Below the pieces are notes generated by a model that ran no database searches, was not told the origin of the DNA, and saw only the letters and a list, made by a program, of their open reading frames with translations. A stretch of DNA of 64,000 bases from Candidatus Poribacteria bacterium (lineage in GTDB: Bacteria; Poribacteria; WGA-4E; WGA-3G): NCBI GenBank assembly GCA_965208735.1, contig CBDBPM010000002.1:733145-797144 (forward strand), in the 5' to 3' direction. Below are positions 36,855 to 46,946 of this stretch, piece after piece. A program made the position numbers and the translations under genes. Position 1 is the stretch's first letter. Each line of letters starts with the position of its first letter.

Positions 36855-37730
36855 TCATACCGTCTCGTTAATTGTAAAATCTACTACAAATCGCCTGAGT
36901 GCTGCCTTCACTTCATCGGGCTTTTCTATCCAAGGATAGTGACCTGATTCGGGAATCGATGCAAAGATACCACGAGGTAATTTAGCGGCAAGCGTCTCTA
37001 TAAAGTGACTGGGACGAGGGTCACAAACCCCATGAAGGAAAAGAACAGGTATAGGTAGTTTGTAAACGGATTCCTGAAATCTTGCATCCGTGGTGTACAC
37101 CTTCCAGTCTGCACCGACTTTTTCGTTCGCTTCGCTGCTCACAGATTGTTCATCAAAGGTTGGAAGATTGTCAACTTGATTTGGGTCAAACACATCCGTC
37201 TTTCGACTTAAAGTGCGAAGTCTGTCTAATATCCGTTCCCCTTCAATACCTTTAGCATGTTCCTTTCGCGCACGCAGCCGTTGATATTCTTCACGCTCTG
37301 ATTCATTTAGCGCATTTAACCGATTTTCGCGATATTCGTCGTGCCATCGCGCATCAATACCCGTGCCTGCAATGTGAAGAACCGCTATCGTCCGAGCCGG
37401 AAACCTAACCGCATAAGCCAAAGCCAATCCGGCACCCCACGAATGGCCTCCAACAACCCAACGTTCAAAGTTGAAATGTCTTCTCAATCCTTCCAAATCA
37501 TCAACAAACGTGGATACATCGTAGGGACCTACCGGTTGTGAACGTCCACTCCCACGTTGGTCATATCGGATAACTTAACACCAATCAGAAACCATGTCGG
37601 CAACTGGAGCAAGATAGTCGTAACCACCAGGACCGCCATGGCAAAGCACCATCGGGTGTCCTTTGCCTTGAACGGCTGTCCAAAGCCGAACACCATTAAT
37701 CTGAAGTAATTGCTCTTGGGACACTTTCAT
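36855..37730 (-). pseudogene. Frameshifted alpha/beta-hydrolase (proline-iminopeptidase-like) gene
   Basis: The N-terminal 52 codons (MKVSQEQLLQINGVRLWTAVQGKGHPMVLCHGGPGG..DWC-stop, from ATG ~37730) are in one frame. The rest (YRYDQRGSGRSQPVGP..WVVGGHSWGAGLALAYA..) continues in another frame from ~37575. The GHSWG nucleophile elbow is present. Confidence 0.6.
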
Positions 37731-37818
37731 TCCCCGTATTTAATGATATTAATGAGTTGTTATGAGGATACAAGTTTTAGACGCACAAGTCAACAAAAAA
37801 ATCAGTTTGATTTTTCTA

Positions 37819-37847
37819 TTGACAATCCTCGTCAAATTTGCCATTAT
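37819..37847 (+). promoter_or_regulatory. Putative sigma-70-type promoter (TTGACA, 17 nt, CATTAT) upstream of the LamG gene at 37937
   Basis: Read directly from the sequence: ttgacaatcctcgtcaaatttgccattat. No experimental support. Confidence 0.35.
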
Positions 37848-37936
37848 AGCGATAATTAAAGTGTGATAAAAGCGATTCAGAGGATATCTGTTAATTTTTC
37901 ACATCGTATCGCTGAACTGGAAAACTGGAGGCGATT

Positions 37937-38740
37937 ATGAAACCGAAATGTTTAAATTGGCGCGCTATTCAAACCTGTTTTATCTTTCTCTGTACTTTCA
38001 CCTTAATTATTCCGGTGGAGGCTCAAGTCGTCACGGACGGCTTAGTGAGTTACTACACATTTGACAAAAACGACACCGCCGGCGATACGGTTAAAGATAT
38101 TGTTGGCGGTAAGGATGGAACAATTATCGGTCAGCCGAAGTCCATCGAGGGGCATCTCGGTGACGCGCTCGATTTTGGTGGACAGCCGGATTGTGTGGAA
38201 TTGCCGAGCATTTTTAAAATCGGGGAGAATCCAGCGTCCTATGAGGCTTGGTTTTTGAAAACCCCTGATAGTCGCGTCGGTTGGCAATATATCCTGACAA
38301 ACAAAACGAATTTCTTTGATCATTTCTTTCGACTCGGCTTTAATGAGAATACCGGGCAACTTCGATACTATACCGAACAAGCCAACAACATCAAAAAAGC
38401 ATGGGTAACCGATGAGGATTACGCCGATGGCAAATGGCACCATGTGGTGGCGACCCGCGAAGACGATAGTGCAAAACTATATGTCGATAGCGTGCTCGTC
38501 AAAGAGGATGAGGCAATGTCCGGCGATATAGGCGGCGGTGAAACGAACTGGAACATCGCTCAAGATGGCAATACCGATGGGTACTTGATAGGCGCGGTGG
38601 ACGAAGTGCGCATCTATAAGAAGGTGCTGACACTGGAAGAGATTAAGCAGAACTTTGAGTCACAGGGCTTGGCAGTACAGCCCACCGGGAAGTTGAGTCT
38701 CACCTGGGGGCGGATTAAAGCCACACAATCTGATCGTTAG
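37937..38740 (+). CDS. Secreted LamG/concanavalin-A-like lectin-fold protein with conserved C-terminal KLSLTWGRIK tail
   Basis: 267 aa with RBS ggaggcg and a signal peptide. LamG-type signatures are present (LDFGGQPDCVELP, DGKWHHVVATRE..KLYVDSVLV, GYLIGAVDEVRIY). The C-terminus is VQPTGKLSLTWGRIKATQSDR. Confidence 0.6.
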   Translation: MKPKCLNWRAIQTCFIFLCTFTLIIPVEAQVVTDGLVSYYTFDKNDTAGDTVKDIVGGKDGTIIGQPKSIEGHLGDALDFGGQPDCVELPSIFKIGENPASYEAWFLKTPDSRVGWQYILTNKTNFFDHFFRLGFNENTGQLRYYTEQANNIKKAWVTDEDYADGKWHHVVATREDDSAKLYVDSVLVKEDEAMSGDIGGGETNWNIAQDGNTDGYLIGAVDEVRIYKKVLTLEEIKQNFESQGLAVQPTGKLSLTWGRIKATQSDR

Positions 38741-38778
38741 CGATTGTCGAATTCAGACAACATAATAGGAGTTAACCA

Positions 38779-39924
38779 TTGACAGAAAATCGAAGTGTAA
38801 TCATCAAAATTGAGGCAGGTTCCCTCAAGCGGCACAACGACCTCGTCCGCTTGTGCTTTAAGCCGAAACATTATTTTCCCGATTGGCAAGAAGGGATTTC
38901 AGGGCTTGCAATGTCTATAACTGATGCAGACGGTCATGTCTCTGGCGAGGGTGTCCCATGTCAATTCGAGCCGACGCTACGTGAACTTGCATGGCAGACC
39001 AGCGAACTTCCGGCGGGGACATCGGCACATTACGCGATCCGACAGACCAATGAGCCGCCCCCGAAAACCCGTTATCAAATCGAACAGAAACCCGCGCATC
39101 TGCTCATTTCTGCTGATGACGCGTTATTCGCACGATACAACTTTCTCGGTGTCTGGAAGCCTTACTTTTGGCCCCTCAACGGGAATCACGGGACTCTGGT
39201 TCGCGGGGCTGGCGGCGAGGACCATCCGCATCACACAGGACTTTACCTTGCCTACGGAGGGCACGGTGAAGGCGGGTCTGCGAACATCTGGTCTGATTGG
39301 GATGAGCCACCTTACGGTCCCTGCGGAAAGACGTTGCATCAACGCTTTGTCCGAATCACTGAAGGGAACGTCTACGCTGAATTCGTCGAAGATCTAATCC
39401 ATGTCAAAGGGAATGGGGACGTTATCATGACAGAAACGCGGACCGCTCGGGTATGGTATGCGGACGATACGCGACGGTTTCTGGAAATTACGCACGAAAC
39501 GACACCGCCACTGGACATCGGTGATCGGCAATTCCTTTGTGTAGCACGTTTGAATCCGTCAATGGGTATCCCACAGGAAGGGCATGTTGAAAATTCTGAA
39601 GGGCAGATTGGCAGAACAGCGGTGCATCATCAACGCGCACGGTGGTGCGATCTCGGAGGCACAGTGGGAGACGGAGTAGCTGGTATCGCGCTGTTTGATC
39701 ACCCAGAAAACGCTGAGCATCCCGGCTTTTTTGGGGAAATCGCTGTACCGGAACAGATGAGCATTCTCCACCATCCGCCTGATGAACTCGAAGGTGACCG
39801 TTTTCGTCTGCAATTTGGGGTCTATGTCCACGAAGGTGTTACGCCAGCGGCAGATGTCGAACGGCATTATCAGTGCTACGCAAATCCGGTGCAGGCGGAG
39901 GTATTGACGGACTCAGCGTTTTAG
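38779..39924 (+). CDS. Hypothetical protein, possibly PmoA-like (DUF6807) family
   Basis: 381 aa with a TTG start 9 nt after a taggagt RBS. It has a His-rich conserved block (EDHPHHTGLYLAYGGHGEGGSANIWSDWDE). It is adjacent to a Gfo/Idh/MocA oxidoreductase, a pairing common for this family. Weak assignment. Confidence 0.4.
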   Translation: MTENRSVIIKIEAGSLKRHNDLVRLCFKPKHYFPDWQEGISGLAMSITDADGHVSGEGVPCQFEPTLRELAWQTSELPAGTSAHYAIRQTNEPPPKTRYQIEQKPAHLLISADDALFARYNFLGVWKPYFWPLNGNHGTLVRGAGGEDHPHHTGLYLAYGGHGEGGSANIWSDWDEPPYGPCGKTLHQRFVRITEGNVYAEFVEDLIHVKGNGDVIMTETRTARVWYADDTRRFLEITHETTPPLDIGDRQFLCVARLNPSMGIPQEGHVENSEGQIGRTAVHHQRARWCDLGGTVGDGVAGIALFDHPENAEHPGFFGEIAVPEQMSILHHPPDELEGDRFRLQFGVYVHEGVTPAADVERHYQCYANPVQAEVLTDSAF

Positions 39925-39991
39925 GCGACAACAGCACCAAACCGCAACCAAAGCGGTCTGTGCCCTTATTAGGATTTACACATGCCACCTT

Positions 39992-40016
39992 AAAGTCCCC
40001 CTGATAAGGGGGATTT
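39992..40016. terminator. Bidirectional intrinsic terminator (aaag tccccc tgata aggggga ttt) between convergent genes
   Basis: A 6-7-bp GC stem is flanked by A-run and T-run. It is centred between the stops at 39924 (+) and 40037 (-). Confidence 0.55.
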
Positions 40017-40036
40017 AGAGGGTTTCTCACTATTCT

Positions 40037-40855
40037 TCACTCCGGCCGCTTGCGGTGCTTGACGTCCAGTTCGCGAAGGAGTGCCAAAGTGTCCTCAAAC
40101 GACAGTTCACCCGTTGAAGCTGTATGTTCGAGGTAATCGCGCGTCTTATCGTTGAGCACACCATAAAAGGCACGCGCCTCAGGATCGGGATGGTCTCGCC
40201 AAAGTTCAACAGGTATGATCGAATCCTCGCTCAAGTACTGACGGTCCGGATGCCCGTAATAGACTTGCACCGTCTTCCGTTCTGCCTGAGTCGGACGGGT
40301 CGTAGCGGTGTGTAAAACACCGATGTTGAATAGCACGGCTGTCCCAGCGGGACCGTACAAATCGACAATGCCGCCACGTTCCAACTGCGCGTCTGTTTCG
40401 AGAATCTCTGCATCCACCGATTCCGGTGATAGGGAGAAACAGTGCGTCGTTTCATCAACATCGGTCAGATACAGCATCAACTGGACGAACCCGATACGCA
40501 ACGGATGTTCAAGCCAGTGCCTCGGGCCATCTCGATGCCAGCCGCGATTCAGTTCACCATCGTACGGTGCCATGTGCCGGATGCAGATTTCTGAAAAGCA
40601 AGGGGCATTGCCCATCAGTGTGTGTAGGCAATCCATGACGATCGGATGCCGAATCACAGTGTCGAATTCAGGTGAAGTCAGAAGTGCATCGCAATTCGCG
40701 GTCTGGTAATATCCAATACGATACCAGTGATCTTCAACTTCAGTGCGGTCCCGGTCAAAGAGATGAACAAAATGCGCAACCTCGGCATCGCTCAGAATCT
40801 TACCAAGTGAAATATAGCCATTTTCTTTAAAAAACGCATAATCTGCTGGCTTCAT
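40037..40855 (-). CDS. Phytanoyl-CoA dioxygenase (PhyH) family protein (third copy in window)
   Basis: 272 aa with WHRDG (the H-x-D ligands) and a downstream His (GVLHTA). Confidence 0.6.
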   Translation of the reverse strand: MKPADYAFFKENGYISLGKILSDAEVAHFVHLFDRDRTEVEDHWYRIGYYQTANCDALLTSPEFDTVIRHPIVMDCLHTLMGNAPCFSEICIRHMAPYDGELNRGWHRDGPRHWLEHPLRIGFVQLMLYLTDVDETTHCFSLSPESVDAEILETDAQLERGGIVDLYGPAGTAVLFNIGVLHTATTRPTQAERKTVQVYYGHPDRQYLSEDSIIPVELWRDHPDPEARAFYGVLNDKTRDYLEHTASTGELSFEDTLALLRELDVKHRKRPE

Positions 40856-40961
40856 GTGATTTTCCTCGCCTCAATTCGCTGCGGTCGCGATCGGGAGACC
40901 GCTCCTATAGCAGTCTGTCGGTTCATTTTCTTGAAGTTTTGTAGCACATCCACAGGTTTCA

Positions 40962-42080
40962 CTAACGCGACTGCATACGCCGGACGCGGGCAGGTGTGTC
41001 GTCACCCTGAATCTCTGAGGAGAGAATCTGGAGACTCCGGTCTTCAATCGGCAGTTCAACTTTTACACCGCCACGACGATGCGATTCTCGGAGCGCAACC
41101 GCTACTTCTAACGCTTCGCGTCCGTCTTCGCCTGAACACTTCGGTGAACCCCCGTTCTCAATGGCGTTAATAAGATCTTCAACGATTGTGAGTCCCATAC
41201 CTTGCATCCGCACGGGCCACGGGAACGGACACTGTGCAGGCACGCCGCGTCCACGTCGTCCACCGGGGACCATGCGAATCAACTCAAACGTCTCGGCATT
41301 GTTGACAGAACGAATACGTCCGGTTGTACCGATGACATCAACCTCCCACGGTGCAGCACCACAAGCCGTACTCCGCAGATACGCACGCACACCGTTATCA
41401 AAAACGAGGTAGCCGTTTCCCTGTAGGTCGCCTTCACCCGCGGCGGCTTCATCGGACTGCATCTCACCAAAAACCCATTCCACATTGCCGCCTGCCATAT
41501 AACGTAAAATATCAATCGCATGGCTACCATTATGTGAAAGTCCGCATTGCGCATAGACTGTCACCTGAAGTACATCACCGATTTCGCCTTCGTCAATGAG
41601 TTTTCGGGCTTCGCTAAAGAACGGATTCCAGCGTCGCGCACAATTGATCGCCATCGCGACCCCTTCCGCTTGACAAGTCTCCACCATCTCATCCGCCTCA
41701 GCGAGACTCAGCGAAATCGGCTTTTCTGCCCAGATCGCCTTAACACTGGAGCGCGCCACATCTTGCACGATAGTCGAGCGCACCCGTGCTGTTGTGCAGA
41801 CGCTGACGATATCCAAGCTTTCCTTCTCCAGCATTTCACGATAATCGCTGTAGATATGTTCCGAACCCAGTCCCCACCGTTCGCCAAAGATCGCCCCTTG
41901 TTCGGTATGCAGATCAGCCCCGGCGACCAGTTCTACATTCGGTGCAGCGTGATATGTCGGACCGTGACAATACGGCAGAAAGAGCGAACCACCTTGTGTG
42001 ATTTCGTCATCAAAGGTACTTCCCATACGTCCTAAACCGATTACGCCTGCTCGATAAGTTGTCATCTTTTTCTCCTCCAA
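40962..42080 (-). CDS. Gfo/Idh/MocA-family NAD(P)-dependent oxidoreductase
   Basis: 372 aa. The N-terminal Rossmann motif is YRAGVIGLGRMGSTF and the RBS is ggaggag. The family fold continues (EKPISLSLAEADEMV). Confidence 0.8.
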   Translation of the reverse strand: MEEKKMTTYRAGVIGLGRMGSTFDDEITQGGSLFLPYCHGPTYHAAPNVELVAGADLHTEQGAIFGERWGLGSEHIYSDYREMLEKESLDIVSVCTTARVRSTIVQDVARSSVKAIWAEKPISLSLAEADEMVETCQAEGVAMAINCARRWNPFFSEARKLIDEGEIGDVLQVTVYAQCGLSHNGSHAIDILRYMAGGNVEWVFGEMQSDEAAAGEGDLQGNGYLVFDNGVRAYLRSTACGAAPWEVDVIGTTGRIRSVNNAETFELIRMVPGGRRGRGVPAQCPFPWPVRMQGMGLTIVEDLINAIENGGSPKCSGEDGREALEVAVALRESHRRGGVKVELPIEDRSLQILSSEIQGDDTPARVRRMQSR

Positions 42081-42439
42081 GAATGTTCGGCTAAATAAGT
42101 GTTGGTATGTCTATGGAACAGTATCAGCGTTCAATATAGAGTCTGGCCCACGGATACCATTTTGCGCCAATATCTGAAGATATTTACCTCTCTTCACGCT
42201 TGATGCTGTTTTTCCGGTAGAAATCCAATGGTAACTACTCTGACCTTCCAAATCTTCAAGGCTCCTCGCTGAATGTTTACGCCACCGCTTTAACCACTGC
42301 GATTTCGCTGTGACTTCCCTTACCTTACGCGTATTATCTGCCGGATGAACTTCAACATAGTGATAGCACCCAAAGCCTAAAGGCTTGGGCTTCGGTTTCA
42401 TAGCGACTGCGGTTTTCTCAGAGAGTCCACCGTCTTATT

Positions 42440-43730
42440 TTCGCTCCACCCGCGGGCGTTTCCCTGTAGTCTCCTATACTACAGGCATATCGTCAGGTGA
42501 CGGCTATCCCCGCCCGCAAAATGTTGATCGCAGCGTTGATGTCTCTATCGTGGTCTGAACCACATTCGCGGCATATCCACTGCCTGTCGTTCAATGTTAG
42601 GTTTTCGTTATGGAAACCACAATCCGAACACGGCTTCGTTGTAGGTGTCCATTGTCCGACTTGTTTGAAACGACGCTTATGTTTTTGACACTTATATTCC
42701 AATATCTGAACAAACTGGTAGAAGGAGAGGTCAGAAACTTTACGCCCCCACAGGCGTTTCATGCCATCAAGGTTCAACGTCTCAAGGAAAATGCTATCAA
42801 ACTTTTTACAAAGTTTAGAGGCAAGTTGCCAATGAAAGTCTTTGCGTTGATTCGTGATTTTCCGATAAAGGCGTGCGATTGCTCTCACACAACGCCACCA
42901 GCCATTAGAACCTTTGACTTTACGAGAAAGTTCTTTATTGAGAGACCGAAGTTTGTTCAAGGTGTGTTTCAAGGGTTGTGGGTGTTGTATTTTCTCACCC
43001 GTGCTCAGTGTCAAATAAGCGTCTTTCATGCCGAAGTCTGCCCCAACGCTTTTACCTGTTGTCGGCAGCGGTTTGAAATCTGTATAGGTTGTCGTTATGC
43101 ACAGCCAATAAGTCCCACAGTTGTCGCGTTTGATGGTGATATAACTGATAGTTCCAGGTTTCCACTGGCGGTGTTTATGAAACGTATACGGCACTTTATC
43201 AAACTGCCATTTACGCGTCTTCGGATTCCATTTACGAAAAGTCAGCGTGATACGATTATTTTTCAGAGACCATCCCGATTCTCCGGGGTAGGTGATAGAC
43301 TTAAACTTGTGGCACTTTTTGATTTTCGGTCTGCCGCCAAGTTTTTTGAAAAATCTGTCGTATGCTTTATGAATCCGTTTAAGTTCCTGCTGGATCGCTT
43401 GAGACGGCAATGCTTTCCAATGCGGGTGCGTAGTATCTTTCAAAACTTTCACGTGGTCGCACATACCCTCAAAGTTGACGGACGGCAACCCGTCTTTATG
43501 GCGTTGACGCTGCCACTCATGGAAGTAGACATGCACCTGCCACATATCGTCAAGCAGATTACCAATGCGAATTATGTTAGATTGTTTACCCAATGGATAT
43601 TTATACGTTTTCATGGACTATCAAGTATCAAGTCTTTAACCCCTAACGAGTGCGTAGGTAGACACGTAACCTTGCGATTACGCTCGTTATGTCTGCCAAC
43701 TTGATACTACACTTATACTACATTTTCAAT
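42440..43730 (-). mobile_element. IS200/IS605-family insertion sequence of the TnpB-only (IS1341-like) type, ~1.3 kb
   Basis: A single tnpB ORF is flanked by subterminal imperfect hairpins: the RE-side ctgtagtctcctatactacag at 42464..42484 and the LE-side aacgagtgcgtaggtagacacgtaaccttgcgattacgctcgtt at 43644..43687. No Y1 tnpA is present. The ends are approximate. Confidence 0.7.
42493..43614 (-). CDS. tnpB: TnpB (IS605 OrfB) RNA-guided endonuclease-like transposon protein
   Basis: 373 aa with a RuvC-like core and the C-terminal zinc finger CSDCGFHNEN..WICRECGSDHDRDINAAINI, characteristic of TnpB. Confidence 0.8.
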   Translation of the reverse strand: MKTYKYPLGKQSNIIRIGNLLDDMWQVHVYFHEWQRQRHKDGLPSVNFEGMCDHVKVLKDTTHPHWKALPSQAIQQELKRIHKAYDRFFKKLGGRPKIKKCHKFKSITYPGESGWSLKNNRITLTFRKWNPKTRKWQFDKVPYTFHKHRQWKPGTISYITIKRDNCGTYWLCITTTYTDFKPLPTTGKSVGADFGMKDAYLTLSTGEKIQHPQPLKHTLNKLRSLNKELSRKVKGSNGWWRCVRAIARLYRKITNQRKDFHWQLASKLCKKFDSIFLETLNLDGMKRLWGRKVSDLSFYQFVQILEYKCQKHKRRFKQVGQWTPTTKPCSDCGFHNENLTLNDRQWICRECGSDHDRDINAAINILRAGIAVT

Positions 43731-43824
43731 CAAACGTCACGTTCATTACAGATATACACACTTAGCGGGAAACCTATATCCCACAGCTAAAGCAGTGGGC
43801 TTTACGCCCGAATGCCCGTAAAAT

Positions 43825-44979
43825 TCAAAGTTTACTCTCCCACACAGCTTCTGTAACAACATCAGCAGATTTAGTACTAAATAGTGTCAACCCTCCCCAA
43901 TCCGATATTGCTTCATCTGAATCTTCAACATCTAAGGTTGAAATGTCTTTGACGCTCACAACACCATCCTGACGAGAGAAATAATAGGTTTTGAAAGTTT
44001 TTCCATCCAAGATTGTCTCTGTGAGATCATAGGAATAGGCATTTGCTTTCAAATCCAACAACTGTCTTAACCGTGCTGGTGCTTTTTTTGATTTAGCAAT
44101 GAGTCGAATTGCCCAGATGAGTTCTAAAATTTGGGCCGAATGCGTAGAAACAATAACTTTGTAGCCTCGCCTTAGAAGTTCTAAAAAAATAAGAAGCAGT
44201 GCTGAGATCGCTTGGGGATGTAACCCCATTTCCGGTTCCTCAATAATAACCCAGTCAATGCTATCTTTTTTCCGTACTTTCCCTGAAGGCATTAACCAAT
44301 ACAACCCCAATAGGAGCGGAGTGAATTCTCTCTGTCCAGTTGACCAGGTCATGAATGGGAGTTGAGTGCCTGCAACATCTAAGACAATACGTTTACGTAA
44401 TCCGGACCTATCCAACCTAATTTCAGCGTCTCCAAAGATGCTTTTTCCGATCGCGTCTCGGAGTGTTTTATTCATGCGACCCTCCTGCGGAAATATAGCC
44501 CCTGCACCTGACCCCAACCCTTTTTCCATCAACAACCGCAATTCCTCACTAAATTTCTTAACTACATACGGATCACTTGTCGAATAGTCTGTAAACGCGC
44601 GGGGCCACCCATCCTTAAGTGTCACAACCCGGTGTGCTGGCATCAGAAAGAGGGTTTCCTTTGTCTTTCGCCTCAATAACGCCCTTTGAGGCGTAAAATC
44701 TACTTTACTATCAACGGTGACTTTCGTCTCATCCTTGTCCCAGATTTTCTGCATCCCTTCACCCAAATAAAGGTACAAAAAATTCTCAGTATTTTTCTGC
44801 CAATCAAAACCGTGTTTTTTCAGCGTTTGCGTAATGTCGCCTGCATCTAAAATTAACTTCATGAGTTGGAGCAGAATGCTTTTTCCACTCGCTTGTTCCC
44901 CGACAAACACTGTTAGATCGCCAAAGGTGATGTCGGCTTCCGGAATTTGTCCGAGTGAAGTTAGTTTAAGATTTTTCAT
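43825..44979 (-). CDS. AAA_21/ABC-type ATPase (OLD/AbiEii/AriA/PtuA-like defense-associated ATPase family)
   Basis: 384 aa. Walker A is GEQASGKS, Walker B is DWVIIEEPEMGLHP and the H-loop is VIVSTHS. There is no fused nuclease domain. The gene is low-GC (~42%). Confidence 0.7.
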   Translation of the reverse strand: MKNLKLTSLGQIPEADITFGDLTVFVGEQASGKSILLQLMKLILDAGDITQTLKKHGFDWQKNTENFLYLYLGEGMQKIWDKDETKVTVDSKVDFTPQRALLRRKTKETLFLMPAHRVVTLKDGWPRAFTDYSTSDPYVVKKFSEELRLLMEKGLGSGAGAIFPQEGRMNKTLRDAIGKSIFGDAEIRLDRSGLRKRIVLDVAGTQLPFMTWSTGQREFTPLLLGLYWLMPSGKVRKKDSIDWVIIEEPEMGLHPQAISALLLIFLELLRRGYKVIVSTHSAQILELIWAIRLIAKSKKAPARLRQLLDLKANAYSYDLTETILDGKTFKTYYFSRQDGVVSVKDISTLDVEDSDEAISDWGGLTLFSTKSADVVTEAVWESKL

Positions 44980-45058
44980 AATTTTTCTACTCCATTTTCC
45001 AATATACTAACTGAAAAGTTAGTCCCGCAATCTATTCTAATGTTCATTTTACTACAAT

Positions 45059-45688
45059 TCAGATTTTTTTATAGACAAAATCCAGCCACTTGTCTTGTGG
45101 CGGTATAATTTCGGGTTTCGGCGAAAGCGGTGTCCAGTACGGCTTGAAAATGTGCCCCAGATCACTCTTCAATTCCCATGCATCCGCTGTTTCCTCTTGT
45201 GTGCTTAACAGAAAAAAATGCCTCGTTTTCTGTGCACTTAGGTTTTTATTTGGTACCCATCCCGAAATGTTAGCGTCAATGCATATGGGCTTGTGGAATT
45301 TGTCATATTCATATTCAATGTACGAAATGTGTGTGAAATCCTCCTGTGTGGAATGGTAATCAACAGTAAGTCCTTTGGGCAGCTTTCGCTTGTAGGGAAT
45401 TGCATTTAAGTTGGGTTCAATATAAACCCGCGTCGTTTCCGCTATGATTCTTTGGTTATTTTCCAATTCATTTTCAAAACAACCCAGATAGTTTTCAATT
45501 TCTACAAGTTGTAAGCCTGTCTCTTCATAAACTTCCCTCTTTACAGCAGTTTCAATATCCTCACCACTCTCAACAGTGCCTGCAGGAATCTGGACACCCG
45601 CAGTGGGATGTTTGAAAACAAGCAATTCTTTAACACCACACCTCTCACGTACTATAAAGGCAGTAACTTTTTGGATAATTTCATTCAC
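45059..45688 (-). CDS. NUDIX hydrolase with C-terminal extension
   Basis: 209 aa. The Nudix box is GTVESGEDIETAVKREVYEETGL (Gx5Ex7REUxEExGU). Confidence 0.7.
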   Translation of the reverse strand: MNEIIQKVTAFIVRERCGVKELLVFKHPTAGVQIPAGTVESGEDIETAVKREVYEETGLQLVEIENYLGCFENELENNQRIIAETTRVYIEPNLNAIPYKRKLPKGLTVDYHSTQEDFTHISYIEYEYDKFHKPICIDANISGWVPNKNLSAQKTRHFFLLSTQEETADAWELKSDLGHIFKPYWTPLSPKPEIIPPQDKWLDFVYKKI

Positions 45689-45700
45689 TCTGATTTCTCC

Positions 45701-46915
45701 TCAGTCTCCACTAACAAAGGCACGCCCGGGTTTTTCCTCAGCACGGAATACAGCGAGGTTACGTCCGTTCACGTCTTTGATGAGCCAGATATGTCCCGCA
45801 AACGTGTGCTGGTTCACAAAAGTATCAACAGCAATCTTACCATAGAATTTCTCTTCACCGCTACCATCTACCCAATAATAGGCGATCTCGGTTTCCTTGC
45901 CGCCATTCACGAAAATGATCGCGGTTTCGGTGTCGCTGCTGCCTGACCTTAGATTTGGAAGTAGACTCGGATCGTGTCCCTTCAAGTCTACCCATTTGCC
46001 ACCACCATCGCTGTCTGGGTTTTTTAATTGCTGATGGAATTCCGTCAACTCTATTAACTCACGGGGCCATTCAAACTTCGGAGACTTTTCAGGATCAAAC
46101 CCTTGGAGGTGTGAGAGAGGCAAACGAGTTACCGCCTGTGTGTACCGCCAGTCTTTATCGCCATATACCTCAGTCAGCAGTGCTGCAAGTGCCGGATCGT
46201 ATTCCTTCAATTTGTCGCGGGTATCAACATGGTTATGTTGGTCGTCGTTTGCGCGGTTCGTGTCAAACCAAGACTGCGTACCTTCAGCCCAATACTCCGC
46301 TCTGTTCGTAATAGCGTAGGTATTTTCCCACAACCCTTTTTCAACCGCAGCATCATATAGTATCTTAAGACGGTCATCGAAACTCGGATCCACTGTATTC
46401 AATCCCATCTGATGAATCGCATGTGCGAATTCGTGAACCAGAATGTTCTCAGTCGAATACGGGTCGCCTGTGTAATTAAGAAGGTTTTCCTCACCACAAC
46501 TGACAGCGGGTCTTGATGGCGTGGAACCCAAACCGCGTGCGCGTCGGTCCCAATAGTAGTCCGGTTGCAGATCGCTATGTTCGGGAATCTGTGTTGTCAG
46601 TTCGTTATACGCCATCACAGCAAAACGCACGTTATTTTTTGCAAGTGCCTGTAACACATCCTGACGATGTCCAACCATCTGTCGAATAAGCCATGCTGCC
46701 TCTTTCACGGCATAAGGATTCACCTTCGCTGATGCGACAACGGGCAATCCTTCCACATCAATCCACTGCACATAAAACGGATCCAAGTCAAAAGTTTTAC
46801 GAACATCATCCGGTAGAGGTATAGGTTCGGAAATATTGACGTTCTGCGCCATTGCAGTTAGTTGGATTGAGGAAAATAGTATGTAGATCGCGAAAATAGC
46901 AGTTAAATAGAGCAT
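45701..46915 (-). CDS. Secreted HExxH zinc metallopeptidase fused to a C-terminal VHL-beta-domain-like module
   Basis: 404 aa with a signal peptide (MLYLTAIFAIYILFSSIQLTAMA). The catalytic motif is VHEFAHAIHQ, with a downstream Glu/Tyr-rich segment (AEYWAEGTQSWF). The last ~70 aa (IIFVNGGKETEIAYYWVDGSGEEKFYGKIAVDTFVNQHTFAGHIWLIKDVNGRNLAVF) align with the human VHL beta-domain (IFCN..WLNFDGEPQPY..HSYRGHLWLFRD..GLLV), including the hydroxyproline-pocket Trp/Tyr/His/Trp positions. Confidence 0.6.
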   Translation of the reverse strand: MLYLTAIFAIYILFSSIQLTAMAQNVNISEPIPLPDDVRKTFDLDPFYVQWIDVEGLPVVASAKVNPYAVKEAAWLIRQMVGHRQDVLQALAKNNVRFAVMAYNELTTQIPEHSDLQPDYYWDRRARGLGSTPSRPAVSCGEENLLNYTGDPYSTENILVHEFAHAIHQMGLNTVDPSFDDRLKILYDAAVEKGLWENTYAITNRAEYWAEGTQSWFDTNRANDDQHNHVDTRDKLKEYDPALAALLTEVYGDKDWRYTQAVTRLPLSHLQGFDPEKSPKFEWPRELIELTEFHQQLKNPDSDGGGKWVDLKGHDPSLLPNLRSGSSDTETAIIFVNGGKETEIAYYWVDGSGEEKFYGKIAVDTFVNQHTFAGHIWLIKDVNGRNLAVFRAEEKPGRAFVSGD

Positions 46916-46946
46916 AGGATAGTCCCACTTAGTATCAGAAACTGTT

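Noticed and set aside
42111-42401. 96-aa minus-strand ORF (MKPKPKPLGFGCYHYVEVHPADN...) between the IS right end and the Gfo/Idh/MocA gene
   Set aside because: No RBS and no recognisable family, not even IS200 TnpA HUH motifs. It lies in the region expected to hold the IS right end, the TnpB-associated RNA and terminator hairpins (for example aagcctaaaggctt). Treated as non-coding.
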